A stretch of 64,000 nucleotides of DNA, taken from a virus. Taxonomy: Duplodnaviria > Caudoviricetes. A model generated the notes under the pieces. That model was not told where the DNA came from. It saw only the letters and a list, made by a program, of their open reading frames with translations, and made no database searches. Shown here in pieces: positions 1 to 9,066 of the stretch. Every line of letters begins with the position of its first letter. Position 1 is the stretch's first letter. Position numbers and translations under genes: made by a program. The stretch is taken from positions 1-64,000 of IMG/VR virus record IMGVR_UViG_3300037714_000266, one strand, 5' to 3'.

Positions 1-8
1 CCTCCGAT

Positions 9-358
9 CCTCCATCTCCTCCTAAGCGCCGCCGTCCTCCATCTCTACTAAAAACGTGTCTCCGCGGTCCCCATCTCTCCTCCATCTCCCACGATACGAA
101 GCGTCTCCGACCCACTCCATCCTACTCATGATCTCATAGCTAGCGTCCCCTCCACCTCCATCTCACCCTGAACGCCGCCGATGATCTGTTCCCTCCATCT
201 CCTACTGTCTGATCCTCTAACTCGTCACGTACTTCCCCGACCTCCATCTCCCAGTCTGCGGATCCCCTCCATCCAATTGAAAACCCTGGTCCTCCACTCC
301 TACCGTTTTCAGCCTCCTCCTCCATCTCATGCTGCCTCCAACCCACCGCTTCTCCATC
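9..358. repeat. Non-canonical short-repeat array: CCTCCATCTC (GAGATGGAGG on minus) separated by unique 15-39 nt segments; may continue left of the window
   Basis: Exact copies start at 9, 36, 79, 155, 192, 241 and 319; degenerate copies near 68, 113, 266, 291 and 351. The array begins directly after the stop codon of the TnpB-like gene. Confidence 0.8.
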
Positions 359-1864
359 CTAGTTCGCGACCTTTGGACTGAGTTCGCTCAGATCGCGACC
401 GAGGAGGTTCTTGGCCGCTGCGATGTCGAGGTGCTCTCGATACTTGCACTTGGTGCACGACAACTTCCACCTCACCATGTCGCGGTTCTTTTCGTCAGTA
501 TGGCCGCAGGACGGGCATCGCTGTGAGATGTACTTCGGATCGAGTGAGATGACCTCGATGCCCGCCTCTTCGCAGCATGAACGAATCCGCTGCTCCAACT
601 GGTAATACGGCCACTCCTGAATGAGTTGCACCACGCGTTCGTTGGCCAGATCGGTGTCGCGGATCTTGCTGAAGTCTTCGACGAGAAGGGTCTTGACCCC
701 GCGCTGGTCGAGCCACCGAACCAGTCGCCGAGCGATCGTCTGACATTTGGTGGCGCGCCACCTAGCAGCCTTGTCCATCAGCGGCTTGGTGGGACGAAGG
801 ATCCTTTTTCGTCCGCGACCAGAGCGCGCAGAAGCCTTTGAGTCCCACTGGTACTTCTTGCGCCGAGTCTGGATCTGCTTGAGGTAGGCGATGATGTCGT
901 TCGCGTCGTAGATCCACCGCTCACCGTCGTCGACCGCGCACGCGAGAAAGGTACGGATGCCTCGGTTGATGGCAGCGGTCTTCCCCTTCGACTTTTCCTG
1001 GACGAACCTCTTGTACGAGAACTTGAGGTGCCACCGGTTCTTTCGATCCCGTTCGATCATCGCGTCGCCGTGTTTCCACGTCCCGTTGGCAATGTTCTTG
1101 AGCACCGTGCGCTGGTAGGCGTCGCGTGGCTGAACTCGAACTCTCCACCTTTGACCCCGGCCACTCCTGAGCGTGAAGTCGACCATGTAGTCTTTGCTGG
1201 CCTTATCGTCGGCCTTCACGATCCTCACTTCCTTAGCTCGTAGCGGTATGGGGCAGGTGTCGCGGTAGTGTGGCGGCGAGCAGGACTGGCGAACCAGCGC
1301 ATCGTACCGAGTCTGAACCCACTTCTTCCACGCCGACCGACTTGCCACGGCCGCCATCGCGCCGGAGATGTCCGGACTGGCGGTTCGCGCGATCTTGTAG
1401 ACATTCAGCTTGGAGTCAGGCCACTCCTTCTTGGTCTTTGGCTTTCGGCCGTGCTCTCGCACGAACTCGTCGAACATGGCCCCCTCAGCCGCCCACAGCG
1501 CCCGTATGACCGCATTCTTGCCCGAGGCTACGTCGCGCTGTGTTTGGTACAACTCGCCCTGAAGCGCCTTCCACGACTCTCCACTGGCGCTCTCGTTGTT
1601 GCCCCCCAGGGAGCACGCGAAGCGAGAGTCGAGTTTCAGTCGGGCCGTTGCACGTACGATCGGGGTAGATCCAGAAGGCTCCGCATCAGTGGCGCAGTTG
1701 TGTCCCGACGCTTCCTCGCCTTCAGGGTGTGGAGGCACCCTGTTGGAACCCGCTGACGCGAGTTTAGTAGGAGTGGCCGTCGCAACGGCCTTGTTAGCGA
1801 GCACATCAGGGCTTTCTTCCACCGGGCTCAATGATGCGGAACCTACTGGATCTATCACCGTCAT
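359..1864 (-). CDS. tnpB: TnpB/Cas12f-like RNA-guided protein, predicted nuclease-dead (RuvC-I D->N)
   Basis: C-terminal half has the TnpB layout: AINRG (normally G[IV]DLG), LLVEDF, WPYYQLEQRI, DPKYISQRCPSCGH, CTKCKY, LDIAAAKNL. The true start is uncertain because the first ~70 aa are low-complexity. Confidence 0.85.
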   Translation of the reverse strand: MTVIDPVGSASLSPVEESPDVLANKAVATATPTKLASAGSNRVPPHPEGEEASGHNCATDAEPSGSTPIVRATARLKLDSRFACSLGGNNESASGESWKALQGELYQTQRDVASGKNAVIRALWAAEGAMFDEFVREHGRKPKTKKEWPDSKLNVYKIARTASPDISGAMAAVASRSAWKKWVQTRYDALVRQSCSPPHYRDTCPIPLRAKEVRIVKADDKASKDYMVDFTLRSGRGQRWRVRVQPRDAYQRTVLKNIANGTWKHGDAMIERDRKNRWHLKFSYKRFVQEKSKGKTAAINRGIRTFLACAVDDGERWIYDANDIIAYLKQIQTRRKKYQWDSKASARSGRGRKRILRPTKPLMDKAARWRATKCQTIARRLVRWLDQRGVKTLLVEDFSKIRDTDLANERVVQLIQEWPYYQLEQRIRSCCEEAGIEVISLDPKYISQRCPSCGHTDEKNRDMVRWKLSCTKCKYREHLDIAAAKNLLGRDLSELSPKVAN

Positions 1865-1873
1865 AACTAACTC

Positions 1874-1901
1874 ATCGTATAATGTGAAATAGAATAGTCA
1901 A
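1874..1901 (-). promoter_or_regulatory. sigma70-like promoter for the tnpB-like gene
   Basis: TTGACT-N16-TACGAT on minus in an AT-rich gap; same pattern as five other sites. Confidence 0.6.
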
Positions 1902-1903
1902 AC

Positions 1904-2527
1904 TCATTCGCGAGGGACGTGTTTGTCGCAGCGGTAAAACCGGGAGATGCCAGTGCCCCACTCCCACCTCGCCCGATTACTGCACCAGTCACAAGTCGTC
2001 ATGCCAGGCTCATACGCCACCCACCCATCAACCACCGCCTCTCTCGTGTCGGGGTCGGCAGGCGGTAGCTTCTCCAGCCAGAAGGCGAGATCCAAACTCG
2101 CCTGCCGCATCGAGCGTATGCACTCGGAGCACGTGACGGCCTCGGGTTTGGTGGCGAAGTAGTCTTCCTTGGACGACCGGCCGCACCAAACCCGCAATCC
2201 TCCCAACTCATGGGGCGATGCCAGAAAAAAGTGTGTGACGACCTTCCTGATCCTCAGCAGTGCAGTTTTTCTCGCGACAACCGTTTCACCATGAGCGTTT
2301 CGTTGGGAACAGCGGGACACATCAGGGTTCCCGAAGTCTTCGAGCGCCTCGGCGAGTTGCTTATGGAGAGTGTTGGTATGAGGACGGGACCACCTCCCCA
2401 GCCGATCCACAATCGCCGTCGCAGCGCAGTCGGAGCAAATCGAACCCAACACCGTTGAGTTTCCACAGTCGCATTTAGAATCTAAGGGCTTCCTGAATGT
2501 CACGGAAGCTTCCACTCTTTTGGCCAC
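1904..2527 (-). CDS. Hypothetical protein with Cys-rich segments and a C-terminal C..C...W...YRCDxHVP module
   Basis: 207-aa ORF in tight operon packing. Confidence 0.6.
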   Translation of the reverse strand: MAKRVEASVTFRKPLDSKCDCGNSTVLGSICSDCAATAIVDRLGRWSRPHTNTLHKQLAEALEDFGNPDVSRCSQRNAHGETVVARKTALLRIRKVVTHFFLASPHELGGLRVWCGRSSKEDYFATKPEAVTCSECIRSMRQASLDLAFWLEKLPPADPDTREAVVDGWVAYEPGMTTCDWCSNRARWEWGTGISRFYRCDKHVPRE

Positions 2528-3036
2528 GGGCGAGTGTCGTCACCCTGAACGCCGCCGATGTGATCGAAGTGGAGATTCTCCCAAAGCTGGCGAAGGAGAT
2601 CTAACCGCGCACGCTGTCTGATGATGGCGGCATTCCTGCGAGGCGAGGCGGCGCTACGTGAGAAGGTGTCTGTGTCATGGATCGTCTCTTCGACACGCTT
2701 GGCAATCCAGACGCGCACGCTTTCACACGAGGCGTCGAAACCTGACGCGAAGTCGTCCTTGTACTTTTTTGGGAATTGACGAAAGCCCACTGCGGAAAAT
2801 CCCTCAGTGAGAGGCTCTAGGCTTGAGGGTCGAAAGGCGCGGTAACCTGGTTTCGGGTATGGAAAATCGATGTGCCAAAACCCGTACCTGTCTAATCCGA
2901 CGACCTCACCCTCGCGGGCGTGCATCGGGTGACCCTTCAGGTTCACCCTGACTCGCTGACCAACCTGAAAGATGGGTCGAAGCAGCAGGTGACGTGGCTC
3001 GATCACGTCATTCGACTCGGTCATCAGAACGGCCAC
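2500..3036 (-). CDS. Hypothetical protein with an SH3/KOW-like N-terminus
   Basis: FQVGQRVRV...EGEVVG pattern; overlaps its neighbours operon-style. Confidence 0.55.
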   Translation of the reverse strand: MAVLMTESNDVIEPRHLLLRPIFQVGQRVRVNLKGHPMHAREGEVVGLDRYGFWHIDFPYPKPGYRAFRPSSLEPLTEGFSAVGFRQFPKKYKDDFASGFDASCESVRVWIAKRVEETIHDTDTFSRSAASPRRNAAIIRQRARLDLLRQLWENLHFDHIGGVQGDDTRPWPKEWKLP

Positions 3037-3335
3037 GGAGCACGGCCGCGACCGAGGCTCCCGTTCTTGGTGCGGTTCGAGGCGGTTCGACTCGTGACCC
3101 TCCGTGGTGCAGACGTCTGCACAACGTCATCATCTACCGGATCACCGGATCGGAACCGCTCGACGTACTGATCGACTGCCTCCATCAGCAAGCTCTTTTG
3201 GCTGTAGCTGAGAACGCCATCGAAACCTGGTGCCGTGGCCGTCCAGCGCTCGCTGACGGGCCCGTCCGGGCTCAACGTCAGTTGAAAGCCTCGGTACTTG
3301 TAGACGCCCTTGGAAACTCGCTTGGCACCGCTCAT
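3024..3335 (-). CDS. Hypothetical early protein
   Basis: GGAAGGAAGG RBS and promoter directly upstream. Confidence 0.6.
   Translation of the reverse strand: MSGAKRVSKGVYKYRGFQLTLSPDGPVSERWTATAPGFDGVLSYSQKSLLMEAVDQYVERFRSGDPVDDDVVQTSAPRRVTSRTASNRTKNGSLGRGRAPWPF
3107..3122. repeat. 16-bp perfect palindrome GTGCAGACGTCTGCAC, copy 1 of 5
   Basis: Read directly; lies inside a CDS. Confidence 0.95.
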
Positions 3336-3359
3336 GGGTCCACCTTCCTTCCGCTATCT

Positions 3360-3387
3360 ATGTTAGCCACTGGATAGCGTTAGTCAA
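3360..3387 (-). promoter_or_regulatory. sigma70-like promoter
   Basis: TTGACT-N16-TAACAT followed by the leader AGATAGCGGAAGGAAG. Confidence 0.7.
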
Positions 3388-3397
3388 GTAGTGGTTT

Positions 3398-3826
3398 TCA
3401 GCGCCTCGACGGTGCCAGATAACCCTTGGCGATCCCATGCAGCACAAGAAGCCACGTGCCGGAAAGATCGCCAAGGAGATCGTGGATGCGCTCGATCACC
3501 TCTTCTCTTTCGGGTGGCCACGAACTCCAGTAGTCGACCCACTCGACGTCTCCATTGATGATGGCCGTGTCTGTGAGAGCGTCGTCGCTACCTTCCACCT
3601 CGACCGCCATCTTGATGGTCACCGAGAGCTTGCCTGAGTGCTCGACGTGCTTGATTCGCCAGATCCCGTGTTCGTCGAACAGGATACTGAAGCGATCACC
3701 GGTCGAAAGGACAACGCAGCCGTCATGATCATAGGCCCCCCACTCGTTGCTCAAGGACTTATCGGAGGACTCGACTTCGACGAGGTCGTCGCTAGCGCCG
3801 TAGATTTTGAGATCCATCACAGCCAC
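3398..3826 (-). CDS. Hypothetical phage protein
   Basis: 142-aa acidic ORF in operon packing. Confidence 0.6.
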   Translation of the reverse strand: MAVMDLKIYGASDDLVEVESSDKSLSNEWGAYDHDGCVVLSTGDRFSILFDEHGIWRIKHVEHSGKLSVTIKMAVEVEGSDDALTDTAIINGDVEWVDYWSSWPPEREEVIERIHDLLGDLSGTWLLVLHGIAKGYLAPSRR

Positions 3827-4200
3827 CCCAGTGCCAAATAGTTGATCGTCAGGTGCATCAAGTTGTCGGCGATGATGAACAGCCAGGTGCTCATCCAGAT
3901 CGGCACCCCAGCGTCATACCCGGTGTTGTTCGTCTTCTCCCAGACCGGCCATGCACTTCGTGGCGCGATGTAGTTCTTTGCGAACACCACGTACCGAGCG
4001 AGCGCCAATCGATCGATCACAGCGTGCGTTCCCACGATGACCGCAAGGGCGACGTGGGACTGCGTCAGGAGAAGGAACGGCAGTCCGTAGAACATGGCGT
4101 GTACGACGGCAGCAACCCAGGACTTCCGTTTCCGGGTCGCCATCCAGTCGCTCTGAAGAACGTAGTCTCCGGCCAGATGCGCAAGAAGCTGTTCCATCAT
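3817..4200 (-). CDS. DUF3307-like membrane protein
   Basis: LLAHLAGDYVLQSDWMA..K, HAMFY and THAVIDR motifs; hydrophobic helices. Confidence 0.75.
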   Translation of the reverse strand: MMEQLLAHLAGDYVLQSDWMATRKRKSWVAAVVHAMFYGLPFLLLTQSHVALAVIVGTHAVIDRLALARYVVFAKNYIAPRSAWPVWEKTNNTGYDAGVPIWMSTWLFIIADNLMHLTINYLALGWL

Positions 4201-5153
4201 TTCACCAATCGATAGCTGTCCCCTGCCATGTCGGTGACTCGGTTCTCGTTCTTGGCGATTCGTGGAACGTGAGAGTCGCAACAATATCCGCGACACCCGT
4301 ACTGCGCGAACTGGGCCTTGGGGTTATGCCACGTCGCAGGGACTAAAAACTTGAAGCAAGCGGGGTGCTCACAGAAGTAGCCGTCAGGAGCCGGCGTCCA
4401 TCCATCGGCCACTGGTATCGGATCCCGCGTCGCGCACTTGACGTAGATCCCATAACCGCCGCTGTCGACGACACCGACGCATACCCCGTTGTCGAACGCG
4501 AGAGTGACCTCTTGAGCCTCGGCATCATCTTCCGACAAGTCCGACACCGCCGTCTTCGGAACGTGCTCATCGCACCGGTACGGAGGGCGTTGACCGGGCG
4601 TGGGTCTGTACCAGGTCGCAGGCTCTCCGCAGCACTGTCCATCCTCTTGGTGCACGCATAGGGCAGCGGCATCCCCGAGGGACTTGCCGCTGTAGGACTT
4701 CCACGCCTCCACGACGGCGCCTGTGGCCGCGCTGACGGATTGGATGACCGTGTGGTCGGGCCCCATAGCGACGCCGCCAGTCCGGTCCACACCGGGGTCC
4801 ATGCCGATCACTCGTCTTGTCCTGTCGTAAACCGCGTCATTGCCACGTACCTGCCGCTGGAGATCGGCAAGGGAGACGGCCTTGGTGGGTCCGATGCCGG
4901 TGGTCTTGAGGTTGCCTTCGGGGATGCACGAAGACCACCACTCCCTTTCGGCGATGAACCTGGGTTCGCCTTCTTTGAGTTTCTTTGGATTGGCGTACTT
5001 GCGCGGGTACACGGCCTTGTACTTCACGCGTTCTTCGCCCCATCGGTTCGCTTCGCCGCACTGAGGGCAGTGTTTGTAGCCGCCTTCGTACCGACCCGGT
5101 TTGTGATCGGGACACGATTCAGGTTTATGGAGATAGTCACGCATCGCTGTCAT
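4197..5153 (-). CDS. Hypothetical protein with two C..C...W...Y.CDxHVP modules
   Basis: 318-aa ORF containing YRCDEHVP and YCCDSHVP. Confidence 0.6.
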   Translation of the reverse strand: MTAMRDYLHKPESCPDHKPGRYEGGYKHCPQCGEANRWGEERVKYKAVYPRKYANPKKLKEGEPRFIAEREWWSSCIPEGNLKTTGIGPTKAVSLADLQRQVRGNDAVYDRTRRVIGMDPGVDRTGGVAMGPDHTVIQSVSAATGAVVEAWKSYSGKSLGDAAALCVHQEDGQCCGEPATWYRPTPGQRPPYRCDEHVPKTAVSDLSEDDAEAQEVTLAFDNGVCVGVVDSGGYGIYVKCATRDPIPVADGWTPAPDGYFCEHPACFKFLVPATWHNPKAQFAQYGCRGYCCDSHVPRIAKNENRVTDMAGDSYRLVK

Positions 5154-5462
5154 CCTCGGGGAGCTTGATCCACCAGCGATCGTATAACCAAACCTTCGGA
5201 CCCGGCACTGACGGATCCCACCACAACGAATTCTCGGCCCGCTTGAACTTCCCAGCTTCCCAATAGAGCACCAGGTTGTCTTGCGGTGGGTACCAGCGCT
5301 TTCGATACAACTCGGTGAAATGCGTGGCGCATCCCTTGAGGCCGGAAGCGGAATCGCGCCACGTCACCTCTTGCTCACACCACGGAGCATCGCAGCGACA
5401 ACGGCCACGCAGCACGCCGAGAAAGCGATTGACCCAGCGTCGAGGTATGTGCCAACCGAATC

Positions 5463-5999
5463 TCATGACTTCGCCAGGATCGAAACAACGTCGAGGCCCT
5501 TGTACGCGCGGTGACCTTGGTAGCGTTCGCCAAGGTGACGCCGAATCCTTCCCGCCAGCTCCCAGCCGATGTCGGTGAGACTGAAAACGGGATTCAGCCC
5601 CGTTCCTCCCCACACGACGACACCTGGCTTCTCCATGTCGTCGACGCAGTCCCAGTCGTCGTGGCCGGAAAGAAGAGTGCCGTCACTGAGCACCGTTGGG
5701 TACTCGCCTCCTTCACACGAGGGACGTGGAGATCGAAACTGACCACGTGGCGAGCCGGTCTTGGTGCGCATCTTATCCGCGTTCGGCGTTCCGTTGCCAT
5801 CGACGATGCAGCTCTCGATGTAGATCAGAGTCGACAGGTGATCCTTGCCCCACTTCTCCGGGACAACCGGCTTTCCATCCCACACAAGCGTTCCGCTTAC
5901 CTTTGCAGTCTTCTTCGCCATCATCCCATTCCCCGTCGCTGATTCGCGTCTCGCACCCTCGCTACCAGAAGTTCGGTCATCGGCGACGTCTGAGGACAC
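5463..5999 (-). CDS. Hypothetical phage protein (likely start at MMAKK)
   Basis: Coherent globular-looking ORF. Confidence 0.55.
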   Translation of the reverse strand: MSSDVADDRTSGSEGARRESATGNGMMAKKTAKVSGTLVWDGKPVVPEKWGKDHLSTLIYIESCIVDGNGTPNADKMRTKTGSPRGQFRSPRPSCEGGEYPTVLSDGTLLSGHDDWDCVDDMEKPGVVVWGGTGLNPVFSLTDIGWELAGRIRRHLGERYQGHRAYKGLDVVSILAKS

Positions 6000-6700
6000 A
6001 TCCCGCTCTCGTCGTGCTCGCTATCACACCGCGAGCACATATCAGCCTCGCAGTGTTCGCACTGATGTGGCGCATCTGCGGTGTCGTGGCCGCAGTGCTC
6101 GCAACTCCACAACCTGCTCATATCTTGCTCGTGGTCGTGATACAAGGGACGTGGAGATCGCAGGCGTAGAGGCATGCACCCCATAACTGCCATGCGGCCG
6201 GCTCGCTACAGTGGTCGCACCGCTCACTGAAAGCGAACCGATCCCACCCCTCCACCACAGGAGCGCTCGGGTCTGGCTCGGGCGGAGAGAGCGGGGTCTT
6301 TACATCAGTAACATCGTCCTCGGTCATCCCGGTTCCCTCCCTGTCTGAACGGCGAACGATGCGGACACGATCGCTTTCTCGACGTCCCTGGCGTAGTACG
6401 CAGCCACCCACCAATCTGCCATACGGCTCAAGGAGAAGCGGGAGGATCTGCAGGTGCGCTGAGGTCGGGCTCGGGGGGCGTGGCGGGTCTGCCTCGTCTC
6501 CGGGGCAGTCCTCCCCCATCCCCGACAGCGCTGGGATATGCCCGCAGTGACCGTGCTCCATGCACGGGTCGCAGAGGTTCTTACTGCACACGGCGCAGTA
6601 GTCGTGCAGGTCGTCGGACTCCGCGCCGCAACGTTCGCACTTCATCGCTCGCCATCCCAATTGATTGCGTACTTCAAGTGATCTTGGACTCCACTATCCC

Positions 6701-6728
6701 ATCCTACAGCATAGATGTAGATAGTCAA
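6701..6728 (-). promoter_or_regulatory. sigma70-like promoter
   Basis: TTGACT-N16-TAGGAT in an intergenic AT-rich patch. Confidence 0.65.
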
Positions 6729-6917
6729 GTCTCCTTTGTACTACCTACGCGGGCCAGAGATGACGGAGGCCACGTACCGTATCCACCCGGCCCTGGAAGC
6801 TGCGATAACCGATCCGCGTCGAGAACCGCCGTAAAGCCGGTGGTAGCGGTAGACCTCGACCGCATACCTGATGGCGTCACGCCGTGGTGTTCTGGAGGCC
6901 GGGCGCGGCATTAGGGA

Positions 6918-7328
6918 TCAGCCGTACTCTGCGAGCAGGTGGATGCCGGCGGAAAGAGAACCGATGCTCTTCTGATCGATGCTACTCGACCCAGAGTCCA
7001 GTTCATTGAGAAGTGCGACGAGTCTGGCCTCGTTGTCCTTCACTGTTTTGACGATCTCTTCCAGTTGAACGAGTTCCGAACCCCAGTCCATGGCCCAGGC
7101 GATTTCAACGCCGAAAGCGAATCTCGGGACGTCGTGGTGGCCGTAGATGAAGGTCCGACATCCGTAGCGTTCGATGAGACTGAAGTTGCCGTAGTGACAC
7201 TCGTTCGCCTCGTCCGTACCCCAGAAGGAACTGTGCTTGGCCAGCCACTCTGGCACCCCGAACTCGTGGTTATCGCACTCTCCGAAATCGAAGCCGTAGA
7301 TGAGTCTTGCGCCTGCTGATTGTCCCAT
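6918..7328 (-). CDS. Hypothetical protein
   Basis: 136-aa ORF downstream of queE. Confidence 0.55.
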   Translation of the reverse strand: MGQSAGARLIYGFDFGECDNHEFGVPEWLAKHSSFWGTDEANECHYGNFSLIERYGCRTFIYGHHDVPRFAFGVEIAWAMDWGSELVQLEEIVKTVKDNEARLVALLNELDSGSSSIDQKSIGSLSAGIHLLAEYG

Positions 7329-7346
7329 TCACCTTCTCCTGCTTCT

Positions 7347-8012
7347 TCATGGCAAACCCAGGATTTTTTGCGTCTGAATCGACAGCTTCCATCCTGGGTT
7401 TTCTCTTACGTACTTCTGCGCGGCATGCATAGCGGTCTCGTTTCGACCTTTCGACCAGACGAAACTCGATGGAACGCCATGCGTCGTTGCGATCGGTTGG
7501 ATGTACCTCAGCCGTGGCGACGCGAGATGCGCGTACAGCGACGGGTCATAGGCGGGGTAGATAACCTTCAACTCATCGGCATCCGTCAGAACGATGCGCT
7601 CTGGCCTCTGTTTCGGACTCAGAGTCAACCAGAGCGCGCGATGAGGGCGCGGTACGCTTCCGTTCGTCTCGGCCGCCACGGTCACGTGAAAGTTGGCCAG
7701 CACAGCATCCACCAGCTTGGCGTCGAGTTGGAGCAATGGTTCGCCCCCGGTGAAGACGATCAGGGTCTGCTTCCGGTAGACCTTGCGGATCCCGTCCACT
7801 ATGCCGTCCACGGTCATCTGACCACGGGCGATGAAATCGGTGTCGCACCAACGCGGACAATCGGCCTCGTGCCTTTCTGCATCTCTTTCGCGATGGGATT
7901 CGAGTCCCGTCCACATATTGCAGCCGGCGAACCTCACGAACACAGCGGGCGTACCTGCCATGTACCCCTCGCCTTGGATGGTCTCGAAGATGTCCACGAT
8001 CGAATACGTCAT
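7347..8012 (-). CDS. queE: 7-carboxy-7-deazaguanine synthase (radical SAM)
   Basis: IFETIQGEG, PAVFVRFAGCN...CPRWCDTDF, FTGGEPLLQLD, ETNG, LSPK, W.LS.QTQKILG. Confidence 0.93.
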   Translation of the reverse strand: MTYSIVDIFETIQGEGYMAGTPAVFVRFAGCNMWTGLESHRERDAERHEADCPRWCDTDFIARGQMTVDGIVDGIRKVYRKQTLIVFTGGEPLLQLDAKLVDAVLANFHVTVAAETNGSVPRPHRALWLTLSPKQRPERIVLTDADELKVIYPAYDPSLYAHLASPRLRYIQPIATTHGVPSSFVWSKGRNETAMHAAQKYVRENPGWKLSIQTQKILGLP

Positions 8013-8455
8013 GGCTTCATCCCAAATCGTGCAGAGCAATTGGGGGTCTCGAAGACCGTCACCGACACCACCTTCACCCCATGATCCATGAGCAAAGAAA
8101 CGGAGACCTCGAACAACTCACGTGCGATGACCTCGGCTGTTGGCTCTTGCTTGTCGAAGGTGTACGGAGGTCGCTTGCCGCCCGTCATGACTTCATGCAT
8201 GCAGAAATCGTAAAGCGAATAGTCCTCGCTGTTGAGTAGCGCGGTGTGATCCCATTTTTCGTTGACCCAGCCGCCGACTATTTCCTTCACGACGCCGAAG
8301 TCGATTACGCGGTCGGTATCATCCAGCTTCTCAGCGCTCAACTCGATGAGTGCCACGTACCGGTGACCGTGTAGAGTTGCACATTTCGATTCGTGCCTCA
8401 TGACGCGATGCGCGGCGTCCCATTCGACTCGTCTCGTGACCGTCGTCTCCATCAT
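8009..8455 (-). CDS. queD: 6-carboxy-5,6,7,8-tetrahydropterin synthase
   Basis: DAAHRV, KCATLHGHRY, IDFG, WDH, PTAE, ETPN motifs. Confidence 0.93.
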   Translation of the reverse strand: MMETTVTRRVEWDAAHRVMRHESKCATLHGHRYVALIELSAEKLDDTDRVIDFGVVKEIVGGWVNEKWDHTALLNSEDYSLYDFCMHEVMTGGKRPPYTFDKQEPTAEVIARELFEVSVSLLMDHGVKVVSVTVFETPNCSARFGMKP

Positions 8456-9066
8456 TTCTTTGCTTCCAGCAAATGCATCTGCGAAACCGCTCTGGTGAGC
8501 TTGCCAATACTCTTCGAGTAACGCGACACGCTGGTGCCATCGAAAGAGTGGGCCCCGGACTCCTGACAGAGCCTGATGCGCTTCATGGAGTTCACACGGG
8601 CCACGTGATAGTAGATCCCTTTCGCTCGGCACCACTGGCCCCACAGCATCGCGTTGCTGAGTTTCCATTCTGTCGAGCCGCCAAGAAAGACCCCGACGCG
8701 ATCGCTGACCAGATCGTCGAGGTCGGTCGGCAGCATCCCGTCCTGAACACCGATCAACACACGCCTTGCCGTGGTGAGTTTTGGAAGCCAGGCACGACTC
8801 ATCTCCAGCGAGTCGCGCCCCCCTGCCACGATGTCTGGCGCCACGACGAAGTCAGCTCCATCGCCCAGTTTGGCGTAGGCCGAGACGAACGCGTCCACGT
8901 CGAATGGTTCACCGCATTGAAAGGCGGTCCAGGCCCCGTTGTCGAGGGCGTACTGAAACCCCTCGGTCCGAAGAACGCCACGTGCGCTCACCAGGACTCT
9001 CCATCCGTGCTGCCGCATGGCTTCGAGGTTACGTCTTGTCCCCGTCCGTGACGCGTACGCCATCAT
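8452..9066 (-). CDS. dpdA: DpdA/TGT-like DNA 7-deazaguanine transglycosylase (putative)
   Basis: ALDNGAW, PDIV, FLGG, HVARVN and SFDGTS match the TGT-fold phage DpdA pattern; located between queD and queC. Confidence 0.65.
   Translation of the reverse strand: MMAYASRTGTRRNLEAMRQHGWRVLVSARGVLRTEGFQYALDNGAWTAFQCGEPFDVDAFVSAYAKLGDGADFVVAPDIVAGGRDSLEMSRAWLPKLTTARRVLIGVQDGMLPTDLDDLVSDRVGVFLGGSTEWKLSNAMLWGQWCRAKGIYYHVARVNSMKRIRLCQESGAHSFDGTSVSRYSKSIGKLTRAVSQMHLLEAKK

Noticed and set aside
91-100. Array segment CGATACGAAG matching 20031-20040
   Set aside because: A 10-nt match is expected by chance and is not flush with the repeat.
1-358. Canonical CRISPR array
   Set aside because: The repeat is only 10 nt, has no hairpin and is irregularly spaced; no cas1/cas2 are present. 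Kept as a non-canonical array instead.
140-526. Small ORFs over the repeat array
   Set aside because: Low-complexity translations of the repeat with no protein-like features.
1878-1883. Plus-strand TATAAT promoter
   Set aside because: No -35 box and no plus-strand gene downstream; it overlaps the better-supported minus-strand promoter.
359-1901. Intact IS200/IS605 or IS607 transposon
   Set aside because: No tnpA and no obvious terminal hairpins; the gene uses a phage-type promoter and has a substituted catalytic residue.
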